Source of the DNA: Kiloniellaceae bacterium
GTDB taxonomy: Bacteria; Pseudomonadota; Alphaproteobacteria; Kiloniellales; J153
Direction: 5' to 3'
Assembly: GCA_021776175.1 (NCBI GenBank)
Contig: JAJFGJ010000003.1
Coordinates: 144,233 to 208,232 of the forward strand
DNA: 64,000 bases
Every line of letters begins with the position of its first letter. Position 1 is the stretch's first letter. This document shows, piece after piece, positions 1 through 9,026 of this stretch. Made by a program: the position numbers and the translations under genes. The notes beneath the pieces were generated by a model, which was not told where the DNA came from, made no database searches, and saw nothing but the letters and a program-made list of their open reading frames with translations.

Positions 1-1154
1 AGTTCTTTAGCAATTGCCTTCAGTCCGCGGGTGATTTCGGAGACTTCCTGGACCCGGTTCTCGTTACGCATGCCGGCCGGCCCCTGCATGAGTTGAAGGT
101 AGTCGACCACGATCAGACCCAGGTTGTGCTGCCGTTTCAAGCGCCGGGCCCGGGTACGCAAGGCGGGCACACTCAAGGCCGGGGTGTCGTCGATGAACAA
201 GGGCAGTTCATGCAAGTGGCGGCTGGTCTCGAAGATGCGGTCGAATTCGTCGTCGCGAATCTCGCCGCGCCGAATCGAATCCGAACGGACATGAGCTTGT
301 TCGGATATAACACGGGTCGCCAATTGCTCGGCTGACATCTCAAGCGAGAAGAAGGCGACGGTTTCCGTCATCTCGACCGTCTCGCCGTCGGGTCCCTTTT
401 GTTTGCGGCGGGTCGCGGCCGCGTGGTAGGCGACGTTGGTGGCCAAGGATGTTTTTCCCATGGATGGCCGCGCGGCCAAGATGATCAGATCGGAGGGATG
501 CAGACCGCCCAGCAGACGATCCAGGTCCTTGAAGCCGCTGGCGATGCCGGCGACGTGGCTGTCGCGTTTCAGCGCCTGTTCGGCCATGTTGATGGCTTCG
601 ACCACGGCCGACTTAAAGGTCTTTAGGCCGCCTTCGATGGTGCCGGCCTCGGCCAGGTTATAGAGGCGCTGCTCGGCCCCCTCGATCTGGTCCGTCGCGC
701 TGATATCCAGGTCCGGCTGGAAGGCCTCGTTGACCACATCCTCGCCCAGCGCGATCAACTCGCGGCGCAAAAATAGATCGTGGATCGTGCGCCCGTAGTC
801 CGCCGCGTTGATGATGGTCACGAAGTTTTTTTGCAGATCGGCCAGGTAGCGCGCGCCGCCGATGCCGGCCAAGGCTTCGTCGCCGTCGAACAAGTGTTTC
901 AGAGTGACCGCGTTGGCGATCTGTCCGCGCTCGATCAACTTGCCGCAAGCTTCGAAAATGCGGCCATGGGTTTCGTCGGCGAAATGGTCCGGCAGCAGAA
1001 AGTCCGAAACCTTCTCGTAAGCGCGATTGTTGGCCAGGACGGCGCCGATCAAGGCCTGCTCCGCCTCGTAATTGACCGGCGGCTCCCGCAGGGATGCATC
1101 GTCCGGCTCGTCGCGCGGGAATTCAGCGAGATTGTTGGGCGCGTTGCTTTCCAT
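1..1154 (-). CDS. dnaB: Replicative DNA helicase DnaB (N-terminal ~384 codons; 3' end runs off the left edge of the window)
   Basis: Not in the ORF track because there is no stop in the window. My translation from the ATG (complement of 1152-1154) gives MESNAPNNLAEFPRDEPDDASLREPPVNYEAEQALIGAVLANNRAYEKV... The reverse strand near 95-127 encodes GLIVVDYLQLM, a DnaB motif. The dnaB-rplI-rpsR-rpsF order is the conserved synteny. Confidence 0.9.
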   Translation of the reverse strand, partial: MESNAPNNLAEFPRDEPDDASLREPPVNYEAEQALIGAVLANNRAYEKVSDFLLPDHFADETHGRIFEACGKLIERGQIANAVTLKHLFDGDEALAGIGGARYLADLQKNFVTIINAADYGRTIHDLFLRRELIALGEDVVNEAFQPDLDISATDQIEGAEQRLYNLAEAGTIEGGLKTFKSAVVEAINMAEQALKRDSHVAGIASGFKDLDRLLGGLHPSDLIILAARPSMGKTSLATNVAYHAAATRRKQKGPDGETVEMTETVAFFSLEMSAEQLATRVISEQAHVRSDSIRRGEIRDDEFDRIFETSRHLHELPLFIDDTPALSVPALRTRARRLKRQHNLGLIVVDYLQLMQGPAGMRNENRVQEVSEITRGLKAIAKE

Positions 1155-1263
1155 CAGGAGACGGACATTAATTGACGATCCATGACTAAGGGAAAATTTA
1201 TCCCAAATCAAAGCGGGGAACACGGGGATAATGTTGCATGGTGTATGCCGAACGCTGAGATAA

Positions 1264-1306
1264 ACGCGAAACGGCGGCCCCAGGGGACCGCCGCTTGTTT
1301 TCGCGT
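1264..1306 (-). terminator. Long GC-rich hairpin just downstream of the rplI stop; candidate intrinsic terminator
   Basis: The outer arms acgcgaaa (1264-1271) and tttcgcgt (1299-1306) are perfectly complementary. They enclose an inner ggcggcccc/ggggaccgcc stem. U-rich flanks are present on both strands. Confidence 0.4.
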
Positions 1307-1323
1307 AGACTTAGAAGGTGTGC

Positions 1324-1938
1324 TTATGAAGCCGCTTCGGTTTCCTCGTCCGCGTCGACGGCTTCGGCTTCTTCGGCTTCGGCCTCCGCCGCGGCCAGGG
1401 CGGCCTCGGCTTCGGCTTCGGCGGCTTCTTCCGCCGCGAGTTGCTCGCTGGGACTGACCATGCGGCCCGCCTCGGCTTGCGCTTGGGCTTCCGCCTCGGA
1501 GCGGGCGACATTGACCGCGATCGTGACCGTCACTTCCGGATGCAGGCGCACTTGTACCGGATGCAGTCCTAGGGTTTTGATGACCGTGCTCAACCTGATC
1601 TGCGCGCGCGTGACGGTAAAGCCGGCTTCGCTCACCTCGGCCGCGATGTCGCGGGCGTTGGCCGAGCCGTAAAGTTGGCCCGATTCGCCCGCTTGGCGGA
1701 TCAAGGTAACCGTTAGGCCATCAAGTTTCTCGCCGACTTCCTGGGCCTCGCTGCGCCCTTTCAGGTTATCCGCCTCGAGCTGGGCGCGGTGCTGTTCGAA
1801 AAGCGCCAGGTTTTCCTTGGTCGCCCGCCGCGCCTTGCGCTGGGGTAACAAGAAGTTGCGTGCGAAACCCGGCTTGACGGACACGATATCGCCCATCTGG
1901 CCTAGTTTCTCGATACGCTCCAAAAGGATTACTTGCAT
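1324..1938 (-). CDS. rplI: 50S ribosomal protein L9 with an Ala/Glu-rich C-terminal extension
   Basis: N-terminus [36 protein letters not shown] is the canonical L9 start. Synteny with rpsR/rpsF supports the call. Confidence 0.95.
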   Translation of the reverse strand: MQVILLERIEKLGQMGDIVSVKPGFARNFLLPQRKARRATKENLALFEQHRAQLEADNLKGRSEAQEVGEKLDGLTVTLIRQAGESGQLYGSANARDIAAEVSEAGFTVTRAQIRLSTVIKTLGLHPVQVRLHPEVTVTIAVNVARSEAEAQAQAEAGRMVSPSEQLAAEEAAEAEAEAALAAAEAEAEEAEAVDADEETEAAS

Positions 1939-1955
1939 GGTGCCATTCCTCCCCT

Positions 1956-2222
1956 CTAGCTGACGAGGTAGGGAATCAAGGCCAGGAAGCGCGCGCGCTT
2001 GATCGCCTTGGCCAACAAGCGCTGCTTCTTGGTCGAGACTGCGGTAATCCGGCTCGGGACAATCTTGCCTCGCTCCGAGATGAAGCGCAGCAACATGCGG
2101 GTATCCTTATAGTCGATTTTCTGCGCGTTCGGACCCGTGAAGGGGCAGCTTTTCCGACGGCGAAAGAACGGCCGGCGGCCGCCGCCGCCCGCGCCCTGGC
2201 TGACGACTTGAACCTCACTCAT
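1956..2222 (-). CDS. rpsR: 30S ribosomal protein S18
   Basis: RRKSCPFTG...IDYKD...[42 protein letters not shown] is the canonical S18 core. Confidence 0.95.
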   Translation of the reverse strand: MSEVQVVSQGAGGGGRRPFFRRRKSCPFTGPNAQKIDYKDTRMLLRFISERGKIVPSRITAVSTKKQRLLAKAIKRARFLALIPYLVS

Positions 2223-2695
2223 GCCGGTGTCTCCTGATTTTCGCTTTTGGACTCGAGGGCAGGGGCTTCGGAGGCAGGCTTCTCAGGGCGCGGGCCCCGG
2301 TCGCCCCGGTCGCCGCGCGGGCCGCCGCGGCTAAACCGGCCGCCGTCGCGTCCACCGCGGTCGTCGCGCCGCTCGCGTGCCTGGAGGACGATTGACGGTC
2401 CTTCCTCGTGCTCCTCGACCCGCAGCGTCAGATAGCGGATCACATCCTCGTTTAGGCGCATATTGCGCTCCATCTCGGCCACCGCCTGCGATGGCGCGTC
2501 GAGGTTGAGCAGGGCGTAATGAGCCTTGCGGTTTTTCTTGATGCGGTAGGCAAGCGTCCGCAGGCCCCACATCTCTTTTTTGGCGACCTTGCCGCCGTTG
2601 GCTTCGATGATTTCGGAAAATTGATCGACCAGGCTTTCGGCCTGGCTGGACGAGATGTCTTGGCGCGCCATCAGCACGCACTCATAAAGTGCCAT
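2219..2695 (-). CDS. rpsF: 30S ribosomal protein S6 with an Arg/Gly/Asp-rich C-terminal tail
   Basis: [26 protein letters not shown]...[27 protein letters not shown] is a typical S6. There is a 4-nt overlap with rpsR. Confidence 0.95.
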   Translation of the reverse strand: MALYECVLMARQDISSSQAESLVDQFSEIIEANGGKVAKKEMWGLRTLAYRIKKNRKAHYALLNLDAPSQAVAEMERNMRLNEDVIRYLTLRVEEHEEGPSIVLQARERRDDRGGRDGGRFSRGGPRGDRGDRGPRPEKPASEAPALESKSENQETPA

Positions 2696-3007
2696 GTTTG
2701 ACTCCTCACGGCTGTTATCGGGCCGGAGCTGGCGGCAGGCTAAGATGCCGGACCGTTCAGCCGATCGGCCCTAGCCGGCCCCGTTCCGGGCATATCGCCC
2801 CAGGTGCCGGCAAGGAGTTGTCTCAATTCGCTTGAGGCGCGCGACTATACACTTAACCCGGCGGCGTGCAAGCCGTTGGAGCGGCGCCAATTGGCCGTCC
2901 ACCGCCCGCGCTTGACAGGCTGGCGGTGGACGGCTTTCTCTGTGCCGCTAAAAGGGGGCGGAGGTCAAGATCCGCCGCCAGGATTCATCCAAGAGGGAAG
3001 GTGAGCA

Positions 3008-3949
3008 ATGAGCCGCGCATTCGTGTTTCCGGGCCAGGGCGCCCAGGCGGTTGGCATGGGTGCCGCCCTGGCCGAGGCGTTTCCCGCCGCGCGCGAGGTT
3101 TTCGAGGAAATCGACGACATTTTATCGCAGCGTCTCTCACGCCTGATGTTCGAGGGCCCGGAGAGCGACCTGACCCTGACCGAGAATGCCCAACCGGCCC
3201 TTCTGGCGGTCAGCATGGCCGTGGTCCGGGTGCTGGAAAAGGAGGGCGGCCTGCGGCTGGCGGAAAAGGGCGATTTCGTGGCCGGGCACTCCCTGGGGGA
3301 ATATTCGGCCCTCGCCGCCGCCGGCGCCTTGTCCCTGTCCGATGCCGCCCGGCTTCTCAAGCGGCGCGGTCAAGCCATGCAGGAGGCGGTGCCGGTCGGC
3401 GAGGGGGCGATGGCGGCCTTGCTCGGGCTCGATCTCGAGGCCGCCCGGGAAGTGGCCGAGTCCGCGGCGCAAGGCGAAGTCTGCGCCCCGGCCAACGACA
3501 ATGCCCCTGGGCAGGTGGTGGTCAGCGGCGCCAAGGCGGCGGTGGAGCGGGCCATCGAACTGGCGAAGGAAAAGGGCGCCCGGCGCGCGATCCTGCTGCC
3601 GGTCAGCGCCCCCTTCCATTGCGTGCTCATGGCGCCGGCCGCCGATGTCATGGCCGCCGCCTTGGCCGAAACCGTGATCTTGCCGCCGCATATGGCCTTG
3701 GTGTCTAACGTGACGGCCGGCGCGGTTGAAAAGCCCGAGGGTATCCGTCCCCTTCTGGTCCAGCAGGTGACCGGGATGGTGCGGTGGCGCGAATCCGTTC
3801 TCTATATGAAGGACCACGGGGTCGATACCCTGGTTGAATTGGGTGTCGGGCAGGTCCTCAGCGGCCTCACCCGGCGCATAGACCGCGAACTCAACAGCCA
3901 CAAGGCAGGCACGCCGGGCGAGATCGAGTCCTTGATCAAAGTGCTTTGA
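3008..3949 (+). CDS. fabD: Malonyl-CoA:ACP transacylase
   Basis: FVFPGQGAQAVGMG and the GHSLGEYSAL active-site motif. It lies within the fab operon. Confidence 0.95.
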   Translation: MSRAFVFPGQGAQAVGMGAALAEAFPAAREVFEEIDDILSQRLSRLMFEGPESDLTLTENAQPALLAVSMAVVRVLEKEGGLRLAEKGDFVAGHSLGEYSALAAAGALSLSDAARLLKRRGQAMQEAVPVGEGAMAALLGLDLEAAREVAESAAQGEVCAPANDNAPGQVVVSGAKAAVERAIELAKEKGARRAILLPVSAPFHCVLMAPAADVMAAALAETVILPPHMALVSNVTAGAVEKPEGIRPLLVQQVTGMVRWRESVLYMKDHGVDTLVELGVGQVLSGLTRRIDRELNSHKAGTPGEIESLIKVL

Positions 3950-4007
3950 GGATCGATTTCTCCGGATACCGGCCGGCCCCGCATACGATTGGGTGGAGGA
4001 AAGCAAG

Positions 4008-4745
4008 ATGTTCGATTTGAGTGGAAAAGGGGCGCTGGTGACGGGGGCTTCCGGCGGTATCGGCGGCGCCATCGCCCGGGCCCTGCATAGCCAGGGCGCA
4101 GCTGTCGTCTTGTCCGGAACCCGGCGCGAGGCGTTGGACACCTTGGCCGGCGAGCTGCGGGAGCGCGTCCACATCCTGCCCTGCGATTTGAGCGATCCGG
4201 CGGCCACGGCGGCCTTGCCGCGCGAGGCCGAGGCCGTCTTGGGGACCCTCGACATCCTGGTCAACAACGCCGGGCTGACGCGCGACAACCTGGCCATGCG
4301 GATGAAGGACGAGGAGTGGGATCAGGTAATAGCCGTCAATCTGAGCGCCGGGTTCCGCCTCGCCCGGGCGTCTCTGCGCGGCATGATGAAGCGCCGGTGG
4401 GGCCGAATCGTGGGCATTACCTCGATCGTGGGGGTGACCGGCAACCCGGGTCAGGCGAACTATGCCGCCTCCAAGGCCGGGATGATCGGCCTGTCGAAGG
4501 CCTTGGCCCAGGAGGTCGCTTCGCGCGGGATCACGGTCAACTGCGTCGCCCCCGGTTTTATCGAAACCGCCATGACCGGCGCCCTGGACGAGGCCCAGCA
4601 GACGAAAATTCTCGGTTCCGTGCCCCAGGGACGCCTGGGCTCGCCGGAGGATATCGCCGCCGCCGTGGTTTACCTGGCAAGTCTGGAGGCCGCTTACGTG
4701 ACCGGCCAAACCTTGCATGTCAACGGTGGAATGGCCATGATATAG
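4008..4745 (+). CDS. fabG: 3-oxoacyl-ACP reductase
   Basis: MFDLSGKGALVTGASGGIG (Rossmann motif), NNAG and YAASKAG motifs. I prefer the ATG at 4008, preceded by the ggaggaaagcaag SD, over the upstream GTG at 3993. Confidence 0.93.
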   Translation: MFDLSGKGALVTGASGGIGGAIARALHSQGAAVVLSGTRREALDTLAGELRERVHILPCDLSDPAATAALPREAEAVLGTLDILVNNAGLTRDNLAMRMKDEEWDQVIAVNLSAGFRLARASLRGMMKRRWGRIVGITSIVGVTGNPGQANYAASKAGMIGLSKALAQEVASRGITVNCVAPGFIETAMTGALDEAQQTKILGSVPQGRLGSPEDIAAAVVYLASLEAAYVTGQTLHVNGGMAMI

Positions 4746-4902
4746 CGGGTTGCCGGAGCTATGTTCCGGCCCCTGAGTCGAGCGTTGGCAAACTCCAAAG
4801 AACTGTGTTAAGAGGCGGCGCCCCGCGTGGCCGGGGAATGAAATGGTAAGCCAACGTCCCAATCTAACCCGATAAACGCTGGCCAATCTGAGGACATAAT
4901 CA

Positions 4903-5139
4903 ATGAGCAATGATACTGCCGAGCGCGTTAAGAAAATTGTCGTTGAGCACTTGGGCGTGGACGAGTCCAAGGTCTCGGAAAACGCCAGCTTCATCGATGA
5001 CCTGGGTGCCGATAGCCTCGATACCGTCGAGCTGGTCATGGCGTTCGAGGAAGAATTCGGATGCGAGATTCCAGATGACGCGGCGGAAAAGATCGTGACC
5101 GTCAAGGATGCTGTCGATTTTATTCAACAGCACGCTTAA
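4903..5139 (+). CDS. acpP: Acyl carrier protein
   Basis: The [21 protein letters not shown] motif carries the phosphopantetheine Ser. 78 aa. Confidence 0.97.
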   Translation: MSNDTAERVKKIVVEHLGVDESKVSENASFIDDLGADSLDTVELVMAFEEEFGCEIPDDAAEKIVTVKDAVDFIQQHA

Positions 5140-5190
5140 GTTGGCGGCTTCTTGGGGACGTCCTGAACAGTCTTTCGGCGGCTGCGGGTT

Positions 5191-6456
5191 ATGAGACGTA
5201 TTGTCGTTACCGGGCTCGGATTGATTACGCCTTTGGGCTGTGGCGTGCCTCATGTCTGGGAGCATTTGACCGCCGGCCGTTCCGGGCTGCGCGCGATTCA
5301 AAGCTTCGACGTTTCCGACATGCCCTCCAAGGTCGCGGGTCAGTTGCCGCCCGGCGAAACCGCCGAAGGCGGTTTCAATGCCGACGACTACGTGACCCCG
5401 GCCGAGCGGCGCAAGATCGATCCCTTTATCCTTTTCGCCATGGCGGCGGCGCAGGAGGCGGTTGAGGATTCAGGGTGGGTTCCCGCGACCGACGAGGATC
5501 GCGAGAGCACGGGCGTTATGATCGGATCCGGAATCGGGGGGCTGCAGACTATCTACGAGGGGTCCCTTACCGTGCAGAATCGGGGGCCGCGCCGCCTGTC
5601 CCCGTTTTTCATACCGGCCGCGCTGATCAATTTGGCCTCGGGCCAGGTTTCTATCCGCTATGGATTTCGAGGACCGAATCATTCGGTTGTCACGGCGTGC
5701 TCCACCGGCGCACACGCGATCGGCGATGCGGCGCGCTTGATTGCCTTGGAAGATGCCGACGTCATGGTCGCCGGCGGTTCCGAGGCGGCGGTTTGCCGCC
5801 TTGGCATGGCGGGTTTCGCGGCGTCGCGGGCCTTGTCGACCAAGTACAACGACACCCCGGAAAAGGCATCGCGCCCCTGGGACGAAGGCCGGGACGGCTT
5901 TGTCATGGGGGAGGGCGCGGGCGTGGTGGTGCTGGAGGAACTCGAGCACGCCAAGGCGCGCGGCGCGAAGATCTACGCGGAAATCATCGGTTATGGCATG
6001 TCGGGCGATGCCCATCACATCACCTCGCCGGCGGCGGACGGCAACGGCGCCTATCGTGCCATGGCGGCGGCGTTGAAGCGCGCCAAGCTGAACCCCGAGG
6101 AAATCGACTACATAAACGCGCACGGCACCTCGACCCCGGTTGGCGACTTGATAGAACTGGGCGCCGTGAAACGCTTGTTCGGCGCGCACGCTTCCAAGCT
6201 CAGCATGTCTTCGACCAAGTCGGCGATCGGCCATCTACTGGGCGCGGCCGGCGCGACCGAGGCGATATTCTCGATTCTCGCGATTAACGACAATATCGTG
6301 CCGCCGACCCTTAACCTGGATGACCCCGCGCCGGAAAGCGAAGGCGTCGATTTGGTTCCGCACAAGGCCAAAGAGCGCCCAGTACGCACGGTCTTGTCCA
6401 ATTCCTTCGGTTTCGGCGGCACCAACGCTAGTTTGGTGCTTGCCCAGTACGGCTGA
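5191..6456 (+). CDS. fabF: 3-oxoacyl-ACP synthase II
   Basis: MRRIVVTGLGLITPLG, active-site ACSTGAH, INAHGTSTPVGD, and the NSFGFGGTNASLV C-terminus. Confidence 0.95.
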   Translation: MRRIVVTGLGLITPLGCGVPHVWEHLTAGRSGLRAIQSFDVSDMPSKVAGQLPPGETAEGGFNADDYVTPAERRKIDPFILFAMAAAQEAVEDSGWVPATDEDRESTGVMIGSGIGGLQTIYEGSLTVQNRGPRRLSPFFIPAALINLASGQVSIRYGFRGPNHSVVTACSTGAHAIGDAARLIALEDADVMVAGGSEAAVCRLGMAGFAASRALSTKYNDTPEKASRPWDEGRDGFVMGEGAGVVVLEELEHAKARGAKIYAEIIGYGMSGDAHHITSPAADGNGAYRAMAAALKRAKLNPEEIDYINAHGTSTPVGDLIELGAVKRLFGAHASKLSMSSTKSAIGHLLGAAGATEAIFSILAINDNIVPPTLNLDDPAPESEGVDLVPHKAKERPVRTVLSNSFGFGGTNASLVLAQYG

Positions 6457-6461
6457 TCGTC

Positions 6462-7448
6462 ATGATGCGCCGGCTCTCGATTTTTGCCGGCCTCGCGGTG
6501 GCCGTGTTCCTGACATTGGCGGCCCTCGCTCTGGTCGTGATCGACCGCTTCGAAGGCCCCGGCCCCATGCAGGCCGATACCGTCATTTATATCGCGCCCG
6601 GGACCACCATGGGCGATATCGCGCGTAAGCTGGAAGCCGATGGGGTTATAGAGGATTCGCTTGTCTTTCGCGGCGGCGTCCGCTTGAAGCGCGTCTCGCG
6701 CGATTTGAAGGCCGGCGAGTATCTGTTTCCGGCCACGGTTTCCATGCGCGGCGTGGTCGATATCCTGTTGAGCGGGAAGACGGTACTCCGCCGCCTGACT
6801 CTGCCGGAGGGCATTACCAGTGGGGAGGCGGCCGCCCTGATCGAGGCGGCGGAGGCCTTGGAAGGCAGCTTGGATACGATTCCCGCCGAGGGGTCTTTGC
6901 TGCCCGAGACCTACCACTACGGGCGTGGCGACACGCGCGCCGAGTTGGTCGAGCGCATGCAGGCGGCAATGCGCGAGACCCTTGCCGCCTTGTGGGAGAA
7001 ACGCGCCGGCGAAGGGCCCCTGGAATCGCCTGCGGCGGCCCTGATCCTGGCTTCCATCGTCGAGAAGGAAACCGGGTTGGCGGACGAGCGGCCCCTGGTC
7101 GCGTCGGTGTTCATAAACCGCCTTCGAGGCGGCATGCGTTTGCAATCGGACCCGACCGTCACCTACGGCATCACCCATGGCGCGCCCTTGGGCCGGGCCT
7201 TGACGCGAACCGATTTGCAAACGGACAGCGAGTACAACACCTACACCAACGGCGGCTTGCCGGCGGGCCCGATCGCCAATCCGGGCCGCGCGGCCATCGA
7301 AGCGGTGCTAAATCCAGCCCAGAGCGATTTCCTATACTTTGTCGCCGCCGGCAACGGCGGGCACGCCTTCGCCAAGACCCTCGACGAGCACAACGGCAAT
7401 GTCGCGAAGTGGCGCAAGTTGAAGAAACAATCCAAGCAATCGAACTGA
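6462..7448 (+). CDS. mltG: Endolytic murein transglycosylase MltG/YceG
   Basis: N-terminal TM segment. ILASIVEKET, LQSDPTVTYG and YNTYTNGGLPAGPIANPG are YceG-family motifs. The position after fabF is conserved. Confidence 0.9.
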   Translation: MMRRLSIFAGLAVAVFLTLAALALVVIDRFEGPGPMQADTVIYIAPGTTMGDIARKLEADGVIEDSLVFRGGVRLKRVSRDLKAGEYLFPATVSMRGVVDILLSGKTVLRRLTLPEGITSGEAAALIEAAEALEGSLDTIPAEGSLLPETYHYGRGDTRAELVERMQAAMRETLAALWEKRAGEGPLESPAAALILASIVEKETGLADERPLVASVFINRLRGGMRLQSDPTVTYGITHGAPLGRALTRTDLQTDSEYNTYTNGGLPAGPIANPGRAAIEAVLNPAQSDFLYFVAAGNGGHAFAKTLDEHNGNVAKWRKLKKQSKQSN

Positions 7449-7524
7449 CCCGCATGGATGGCGCGTTGCGCTGAATGCGGGACTCGGTTATGAGGGATCA
7501 AAGGGGAAAAGAGGAGGTGGGCGA

Positions 7525-8826
7525 ATGCCCGTTTCCATCGCCGTGATTGGGGCCGGTCCCAGCGGCTTCTACACGGCGGCGGCGCTGATCAAGTCGGTTC
7601 GGGACTGCCAAGTCGATATGGTCGAGGCCTTGCCGACCCCTTTCGGCCTAGTTCGCGGCGGCGTCGCCCCGGATCATCAGAGCACCAAAGCCGTTTCCAA
7701 GGCCTTCGCCAAGACCGCCGCACACGAGCGGGTTGCCTATTTCGGGTGTGTCCGGCTTGGCCAGGATGTTTCCTTGGCTGAGCTACGCGGTATTTACGAT
7801 GCTGTTGTCCTCGCGCTCGGGGCGCCCCTGGACCGGGAGCTGGCGATTCCGGGCGGCGGTAAATTGGGCGTCCACGGTGCCGCCGCCTTTGTCGGCTGGT
7901 ATAATGGGCACCCGGACTTCGCCGATCTGAATCCGGATTTGAACGTTGAGCGTGTCTGCGTCATCGGCAACGGCAACGTGGCCCTGGATGTCGCGCGGGT
8001 TCTGGTCAAGACGGCGGCCGAGATGGCGTCCAGCGACCTGCCCGATCATGCCGCCGGGGCGATCCACGGCGCCCCCATTCAAGAGGTCGCGATTATCGGC
8101 CGCCGGGGTCCGCTACAGGCCAAGTTCGCGAACAAGGAGCTAAGCGAGCTTGGCGGCTTGGCGGATTGCGTACCCCTGGCCGATGCCAAGGACTTACCGG
8201 ACGGGGTAACCGGCCCAATGAGCGAACGGACCCGGCGTTTGGCCGAAAAGAATCTAAAAACCTTCCGCGGTTTCGCGGCCCGGAATCCGGCGGAGCGGCG
8301 CAAACGCTTGCGCTTCCGCTTCTATGCCATGCCGCTCGAGGTTCTGGGCGGGGACCGGGTTGAGGGCCTGCGCCTAGAGCGCACCTGCTTGCGGGAGGGG
8401 CGGGCGATTGGAACCGGCGAGACCATGGACCTTGCCTGCGGTCTTGTCGTCCCAGCGATCGGATACCGCATGGCCCCGGTCGAGGGGGTTCCCATCGATG
8501 CGGAAACGGGGGTGGTGCGTAACCGCAATGGCCGGGTCGAACCCGGGCTATACGTTGCCGGCTGGGCCAAGCGCGGGCCCCTGGGTGTCATCGGCACGAA
8601 CAAGAGCGATGGCGATGACGTGGCGGCCCAGATCGCGCAAGACGCCGGGCAGGGCGGTAAGCCGGGCCGGAGCGCGTTGGAGGCGCTTCTGCGTGGGCGC
8701 GGCATCCGCTGGGTCGCGTTTCGGGACTGGCAGCGCATCGATGCCGCAGAAATCGCCGCCGCTCCGCCCGCCGCGCCGCGCCGAAAGTTTGTCCGCATCA
8801 ATGATATGTTGGAGATTCTGGATTAA
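7525..8826 (+). CDS. FprA/adrenodoxin-reductase-type NADPH:ferredoxin reductase
   Basis: IAVIGAGPSGFYTAAAL, LPTPFGLVRGGVAPDH, FVGWYNGHPDF and VIGNGNVALDVARVL closely track the mycobacterial FprA family pattern as I recall it. Confidence 0.78.
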   Translation: MPVSIAVIGAGPSGFYTAAALIKSVRDCQVDMVEALPTPFGLVRGGVAPDHQSTKAVSKAFAKTAAHERVAYFGCVRLGQDVSLAELRGIYDAVVLALGAPLDRELAIPGGGKLGVHGAAAFVGWYNGHPDFADLNPDLNVERVCVIGNGNVALDVARVLVKTAAEMASSDLPDHAAGAIHGAPIQEVAIIGRRGPLQAKFANKELSELGGLADCVPLADAKDLPDGVTGPMSERTRRLAEKNLKTFRGFAARNPAERRKRLRFRFYAMPLEVLGGDRVEGLRLERTCLREGRAIGTGETMDLACGLVVPAIGYRMAPVEGVPIDAETGVVRNRNGRVEPGLYVAGWAKRGPLGVIGTNKSDGDDVAAQIAQDAGQGGKPGRSALEALLRGRGIRWVAFRDWQRIDAAEIAAAPPAAPRRKFVRINDMLEILD

Positions 8827-9026
8827 AATAATCAAGGGATAACAGGCCCTAGTTGATGTGGAGCCAGAGTGTACACAAATATTCCTGGGATGAGTTCGTT
8901 CGCGCGGCAAGGTAAGAAGTGGAATTGACTTTGCCGTTGAAGCTGCAGACGTATACAAGGCCGATCCGGGTAACGGCTTTCCGATACATTCCGGTAGCCG
9001 GCGGTTGAAAAAAAGGATGCGACACC

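Noticed and set aside
2696-3007. Possible S6:S18-responsive rpsF leader and fabD promoter (cttgacag at about 2909)
   Set aside because: I could not recognise the leader motif or a convincing -10 element by eye. It needs a covariance-model search.
3137-4297. 386-aa minus-strand ORF spanning fabD/fabG
   Set aside because: It is antisense to two genes with unmistakable motifs. Its translation is Arg/Gly/Pro/Ala low-complexity, typical of spurious ORFs in high-GC DNA.
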